Assembly: GCA_963750165.1 (NCBI GenBank)
Contig: CAVVPN010000011.1
Coordinates: 1,280,001-1,344,000 of the forward strand
DNA from: an uncultured Gemmataceae bacterium
GTDB lineage: Bacteria; Planctomycetota; Planctomycetia; Gemmatales; Gemmataceae
Reading direction: 5' to 3'
DNA length: 64,000 nt
Positions 58,842 through 64,000 of the stretch are shown piece by piece (the first letter of the stretch is position 1; each line of letters begins with the position of its first letter). Position numbers and translations under genes: made by a program. The notes under the pieces are model-generated. The model worked only from the letters and a program-made list of their open reading frames with translations, made no database searches and had not been told where the DNA came from.

Positions 58842-60620
58842 TCAGGCACTCGCCCGCAGCGACGGCTTGCACGACGCCGCCACCTGTTCGATCAATTCAA
58901 CGTAGTCCGATCCCGGCGGGATGGCGTGGATGCGGTCGCGGTGGGCCGGCAGGGCGACCCGCAGCCGCCCGGCCACGGCGGCGTCCGGGACGACGACCGC
59001 GTGGGCGTGCGTGAAGACGCGGCGATTCAGGTCCAGCCCCGCAACCGCTGCGGGGTCGCCGCGCAGTAGCTGACCGGCGCGACGCCGCCGTTGTCGCTCC
59101 GACAGGTCGGGCCGGCAGTACGCCAGTTCGCGCAGCAAATGGGCCAGGGCGTCGCCCTGCCAGCGCCCGTATGCCGTCTGGAACGCGGCCAGCCCCGGCT
59201 CGTGCAGCGTCACGATGCCGGGGTGGCGGATCAGCGTCTCATAAACGAAGGCGAAGGCGTCCGAGTCGCCGAGCTGGTACAGGATCGCGTGGTAGTTCCA
59301 GGCGCGGTGCTGGCGCTCGAACAGGCGGTGGTCGAAAGCGGCCAGGCCGCTGTCCGTCAGGGCGGCCTGCGGTATCGGGCCGCGCTCGTGGTACAGGTGG
59401 ATGGTGTAACGCCGCCGCAGGTTCGCCAGCAGCGCCAGCGTGTGGTCCGCCGTGGCCATGTGCCGCGGCGGCAGCGGCGCGAACATCGCCAGCAATGGCC
59501 GCGGCGCCGGGGGCCGCGGCAGCGACCGCAGCGCCTCGCGCACGCGCCGCACCGGCTCCGGCCAGTCGCAGTCCCGCGCTCGCTCCGGGCCGCGCCGCCG
59601 CAGGTCCGCCGCCAGCGCCGGGTCAGTGAGCAGTCGGCCGAGCTGCGCCGCCGTGTGGGCGTCGTCGCCAGCCTGGCACGGCAGGATAGCGTCAGCCGCC
59701 GCCTCGGCCGGGGCCGTGGCGCTCGCCGCCAGCACCGGGGCGCCGTGCTGCAACGCCTCCAGCACGGGCAGCCCGAATGCCGCGCCGGGTGGCACGCAGG
59801 CGAACGCGGCGCAGCGCCGGTAGGCGGCGCGGCGTTGCGACTCGGTGGCGGCGTTGACCACAACCAGGCGGTCGGCCAGGCCGTGACGATCCGCCAGTTC
59901 CCGCAGGTTGTGCAGGTCGCCGCGACAGGTATCACAGACCACGACCAGCTGGTGAGTGGTCCGCACCGGCTCCGCCAGGCGGGCAAAGGCGCGGCACAGA
60001 ACTTCGCAGTCCCGGCTGGGATTGGCCCCGGCAGCAGTCAACACGAACGGCCCACGGATGCCGAGCGCTTCCAGGCAGTCGAGCGACTCAGCCGCCGCGC
60101 CGGGTTGTGGGCCGACGGCCAGCCCGATGTTAGCCACCCGGCCGGGCGGTACGCCGAGGGCCGCCAGCACGTCGCGCCGCGCGATTTCGGAGGTGGTCAG
60201 CAGCCGGTCGTACTGCCGCAGGCGCTCGACGCGCTCGCGGTAACCGGGCAACCCCATCGGCCCGCCGCCGAGATCGCAGACCAGGGCGAGCAGGGCCGGC
60301 CGGCAGGTCGGCCGCACCGGTGGGAGGTAGCCAGCCGCCGTGCTGAACGGAGCGGTGACCAGGTAGGCGTCCAGGTCGTCGGGGTTGCGTTCCACCAGAT
60401 GTTGCGCGACCATCGCCAGCGGCCCGGCCCCGGTGAGCAACCGCACCTCTGCCCGGCCGCCGCCGCGGGCCAAACCGCCGAAACGGTCATGGAAGTACAG
60501 GACGTACTGGTGGGCGGAATCGGCCAGCAGGGCCTCGGCGAGCGCGTCCACGTATCGACTGACGCCAGCCCCACGGCCGTCGGCATCCTGACTGCCGATC
60601 ATGTCGATTCCCATGCGCAT
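58842..60620 (-). CDS. Glycosyltransferase family 4 with a partial second GT domain
   Basis: MRMGIDM...GRGAGVSRY, FGLPVLEALQHGAPV; second module PLPPRH..ADH...YQLGDS. Confidence 0.85.
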   Translation of the reverse strand: MRMGIDMIGSQDADGRGAGVSRYVDALAEALLADSAHQYVLYFHDRFGGLARGGGRAEVRLLTGAGPLAMVAQHLVERNPDDLDAYLVTAPFSTAAGYLPPVRPTCRPALLALVCDLGGGPMGLPGYRERVERLRQYDRLLTTSEIARRDVLAALGVPPGRVANIGLAVGPQPGAAAESLDCLEALGIRGPFVLTAAGANPSRDCEVLCRAFARLAEPVRTTHQLVVVCDTCRGDLHNLRELADRHGLADRLVVVNAATESQRRAAYRRCAAFACVPPGAAFGLPVLEALQHGAPVLAASATAPAEAAADAILPCQAGDDAHTAAQLGRLLTDPALAADLRRRGPERARDCDWPEPVRRVREALRSLPRPPAPRPLLAMFAPLPPRHMATADHTLALLANLRRRYTIHLYHERGPIPQAALTDSGLAAFDHRLFERQHRAWNYHAILYQLGDSDAFAFVYETLIRHPGIVTLHEPGLAAFQTAYGRWQGDALAHLLRELAYCRPDLSERQRRRRAGQLLRGDPAAVAGLDLNRRVFTHAHAVVVPDAAVAGRLRVALPAHRDRIHAIPPGSDYVELIEQVAASCKPSLRASA

Positions 60621-60823
60621 CAGCCACCCGGGGCCGAACTCGGAGACGACAGCGGTTTTCCTGGGGGAAGATTAAGATAATTTATCGGCAACTGAACGGG
60701 GTAGGCATCAGTCAATCCCGGGCGATGAACGGGCCCGTTCCCGTTTCGCCTGCACAAGGTGCGGGCGTTTCGCCTGCATTCCGGTTCCGCATGCGAGACG
60801 CCCGCACCACGAGCAAGTTGGGT

Positions 60824-61102
60824 TCAGGGAGCCCGGCTGGGGGTCAGGGCGCGCATGATGCCGACGAAGACGCAGGCACCGACGAACGCCACGACGATGC
60901 TGCCCCAGAAGCCGATGTCGCCCACCGTGAACAGCGAGAAAATCAGCCCGCCGACGAAGGCGCCGACCAGGCCCACAATGATGTCCAGGATGATCCCGAA
61001 GCCGCCGCCTTGCATGAACAGCCCGGCCAGCCAGCCGGCCACCAGACCCACCACCAACCAGCTAATGACGCCGCCCGGTGTGAGTAGGACTTCCGCGAAC
61101 AT
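60824..61102 (-). CDS. GlsB/YeaQ/YmgE stress-response membrane protein
   Basis: ISWLVVGLVAGWLA...DIIVGLVGAFVGG. Confidence 0.92.
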   Translation of the reverse strand: MFAEVLLTPGGVISWLVVGLVAGWLAGLFMQGGGFGIILDIIVGLVGAFVGGLIFSLFTVGDIGFWGSIVVAFVGACVFVGIMRALTPSRAP

Positions 61103-61181
61103 GATTTGCCTCCCATGATTCGGTTCCGTTTGGGTGTCGCCCACCTCGACCCCCGAGGCGGGATTCCCTGTAGATTTACTG

Positions 61182-61197
61182 TGCAAACGGGGTGCCG
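61182..61197 (-). promoter_or_regulatory. Sigma54 promoter of the GlsB/YeaQ gene
   Basis: Minus strand CGGCAC-CCCGT-TTGCA. Confidence 0.65.
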
Positions 61198-61295
61198 GAG
61201 CAGCGCTCGCCGGGAAGAGCCCATTGCGGGATGGCGTCCCGGTCCTACGATACCCCTGGCGAGAATCCAGCGGTGACGGCGACGAGGGCCCGAAG

Positions 61296-61892
61296 ATGAC
61301 GATGCACGCCTGGCACGATGTGACGCCCGGGGAGCACCTGCCCACAGAGTTCACGGCGGTGGTGGAGATCCCGATGGGCTCCAGCGTCAAGTACGAGCTG
61401 GACAAGGAGACGGGCATGTTGCGGCTGGACCGCATCCTGTACTCGGCGGTCTTTTACCCGGCCAACTATGGCTTCATCCCGCAGACTCTGGCGGAGGACG
61501 ACGACCCGCTGGACGTGCTGGTGCTGTGCCAGGAGTCGGTGGCGCCGCTGACGCTGGTCAGCGCCCGCGCCATCGGCCTGATGACGATGGTGGACAGCGG
61601 TAAGAAGGACCACAAAGTTCTGGCCGTGGCGGTGGACGATCCGGAGTACAACGGCTTCCGCGAGGCAGCCGAGCTGCCCGGCCACCGCCTGACGATGCTG
61701 CGCCGCTTCTTCCAGGACTACAAGACGCTGGAGGGCAAGGCAGTCGAGGTGGACGACCTGCAACCGGCCGCGGCCTGCCTGTCGGTGATCGAGGACGCTC
61801 TGGCCCGCTACAGCGCCCACCGCCGCCGCGGGTTTCGCAAGTCGCACAAGCCGCCCGCCGACGGGGAAGAAGGGTTGCAGATTGCAGATTGA
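61296..61892 (+). CDS. ppa: Inorganic pyrophosphatase (family I)
   Basis: HAWHD, VKYELDK, YPANYGFIPQTLAEDDDPLDVLV, FFQDYK. Confidence 0.95.
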   Translation: MTMHAWHDVTPGEHLPTEFTAVVEIPMGSSVKYELDKETGMLRLDRILYSAVFYPANYGFIPQTLAEDDDPLDVLVLCQESVAPLTLVSARAIGLMTMVDSGKKDHKVLAVAVDDPEYNGFREAAELPGHRLTMLRRFFQDYKTLEGKAVEVDDLQPAAACLSVIEDALARYSAHRRRGFRKSHKPPADGEEGLQIAD

Positions 61893-61942
61893 AAGATAGA
61901 CAGGTTACTGTCTTTCCATCTGCAATCTCAAATCTGCAATCA
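61875..61942. repeat. Inverted heptamer arrays (TTGCAGA / ATCTGCA)
   Basis: About 3 units per arm; contains the stop codons of both convergent genes. Confidence 0.85.
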
Positions 61943-62669
61943 CTGTGCGGGTGCCCTGGGCAGGTCGTTCATCTCGCGTTGCACGATGGCGTGACAGGAG
62001 CAGACCCCGTCCTCCAGGCCGGCGCGGTCGAGGATCGTCATCTGGCCCTTGCCGTACTCGATGAGGCCGCGGGCGCAGGGCCCGGGCCGCCACGGTCACG
62101 GTGGCCCGCCGTACGCCGAGCATGGCGGCCAGGAACTGGTGCGTCAGCGGGAACTGGTCGGCGCCCACCCGGCCGTGAACCGCCAGCAGCCAGCGGCACA
62201 TGCGCTGCTCCAGCGCGTGCAGGGCGTTACAGACCGCCGACTGCCCCACCTGGGACAGCAAGGCGTGGGCATAGCGCAGCAACAGGCCGTGCAGCGTACT
62301 GTCGCGGCCGACCCGGCGGTGGAACGCGGCGGCCTCCAGGCAGTAAGCGTCGCCGGGCACCTGCACCACGCAGCGGAACGGAGCGGTTTCGGCCCCGAAA
62401 AAAATGGCCAGCCCGGCCATGCCCTCGCGGCCCACGAGCCCGACCTCGACGCCATCGCCGCCGTCGTTCCCCGGGCTGATCAGGGAGAGGACGGCCCCGG
62501 CGGGGAAGTAGGCGTAGGGGATCGGTTCGCCAACTTCATGCAGGACGGTGCGGAGGTCCAGGGTGACGAGTTCCAGGTGCGGCTGCAGATGTTCCCATTC
62601 TCGGGACGGCAGGGCGGCCAGCAAATGGTTCAACGGGTTTGGGCGGCCAGGGGCTTCCGACCTGGGCAT
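61940..62669 (-). CDS. Crp/Fnr family regulator (frameshift near 62073)
   Basis: NHLLAALP, VGREG, LTHQFLAAMLGVRR; second frame GLIEYGKGQMTILDRAGLE..CSC. Confidence 0.9.
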
Positions 62670-63145
62670 GGGCGACTCCCGGATATAACGACCTGGGTGC
62701 GCGCATCGCACGCCAGCCCTTCTCCCAGTGATGAATGGAGAGAGTTAGTGAAGTTTAAGTGTGGGACCGCTCGTCGTCAAGGAAGTGTGCTTGAGGATGG
62801 CCGAAAAAGCCACCGCCATCTGGAATTTGATGCGGTTGAATGGAAGAAAGAGTGGGTGAGGGAAAAAATGTCCCGCTAGCGTAACCTCCGGCGTCGCCCA
62901 GTCACCGAAGGCCCCAACCAGCGGGACTCAGGAATTGTACGATACCGTACAGAGAAAGCAAGCGTTTTTTTCTGTCGTGCCTGTACCGCTGCGAATTTTG
63001 CCACCCTTTTTTTAAACCTCTTGCTGTGTCATTGGTTGCGAACCGTTCTGCGACCGCGCTGTCAAGCGCCATGACCCAGCGGTGCCGCTTCCAGTTCGCG
63101 CAGCAAGCAGTGGCGTCCGCGCTCGGTTCGTAAACGACGCTCACG

Positions 63146-63890
63146 TTAACTGCCCATCACAGGTTCGAGCAGTTCCTTGAAGTCGGCCGGAAAGACCGCC
63201 CAGGACGCTCGATAGGTGGCTTCGAGCGGGGCCGGGATATAATCCGCCTCCTCGGTCAGGAAGATCGGCAGACTCGGCAAGTTGTCTCCGACCGCGACTG
63301 GTTCCACGTAAGCGATCTTCGCCGGTGTCGCTTGATAAGCGGCCACGGTCAGCGGCTTGTCCGGCGGCAGTTCGAAGGGCATTTCTCCCAGTTCGTCCCA
63401 GATGACCTTGTGAATCCCTTGCGGATCGCGGTCGGACGGCGGGAACAAATCCACCACCAGCACATGAATCCCCTGCCAGATCAGGTCCGCGGTCTTGCGG
63501 ACGAACGCCCGCAGCGCATTCTGGTTGTTCTTGTTGCCGGGGGAGAGGATTTCGATTACGGCCACGACCTGGCCGTGGCGGTGCTGGATTTTGATGCGGT
63601 TCGCCCGGCGACACGTAGGTATCTTCCTCGTGTTCGATGACGAAACGAGCCTTGGGAGGCCCGAGGGCAACGGCCACGCCGCCTGCCGCTTCCGGCCTAC
63701 CGGTGGGTTTTGGATTGCGGTTGAGCGTGAGCACGTCGGGGATCGGGCCGCTGATGCGCTGATCGGTCAAGGCGACGAACCCTGGCGGCAGCAAGCCGGC
63801 GTTGAGGGCACGGCGGAGTTCAATCGTCCAATCCTGGTGAAAGTCGTGGAACAGACCGGCATCGACTCGGGTCCAATCGTGAATCGGCAT
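63146..63890 (-). CDS. DUF4058 family protein (frameshift near 63612)
   Basis: MPIHDWTRVDAGLFHDFH, VIEILSPGNK, GIHVLVVDLFPP, LEATY. Confidence 0.88.
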
Positions 63891-64000
63891 GGCTCACCTC
63901 CACTCAGGAATCGATCTTGACAGTTCCTCGGACCAGATTCGGATTGTACCACCGCCACAAACCAGGCCGTCACTGCTTCTGCGGTTTCGTCAAACAGTCG

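Noticed and set aside
62670..63145. AT-richer stretch with a short ORF at 62902-63144
   Set aside because: No recognisable protein motif, repeat or RNA structure; probably the Crp promoter region plus decayed DNA.

Overview
GC-rich bacterial chromosomal DNA. The gene set (DUF1559 protein with its partner lipoprotein, TIGR03067, DUF4058, Uma2, LEPR-XLL-type N-termini, PQQ beta-propeller, membrane Ser/Thr kinase) points to Planctomycetota, probably Gemmataceae-like (inference). About 60 CDSs. Main blocks are a tandem pair of membrane GTPases; two paralogous LEPR-XLL-type secreted proteins; pgi; mazEF; a sulfotransferase/epimerase/split-transketolase/GT2/TIGR03032 surface-sugar operon with a divergent O-acyltransferase; a Tad/Flp pilus locus with no secretin, a +6 Glu register in its pilins and a divergent GT-C-like membrane protein; an RND efflux operon with a sigma54 promoter and a nearby FhlA-like activator; a STAND ATPase; ABC-F; ppa; and a Crp-family regulator. 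Several small toxin-like two-gene modules sit at operon ends. Intergenic DNA holds many REP/REPIN palindromes, two copies of a composite MITE, a second MITE, inverted heptamer arrays and a duplicated 9-nt-period element. About 14 genes are split by 1-2 nt frameshifts, most at GCGC sites, which probably reflects long-read errors at a modified motif rather than true pseudogenes. No rRNA, tRNA or CRISPR array was seen. All family calls come from motif recognition; no database search was run.
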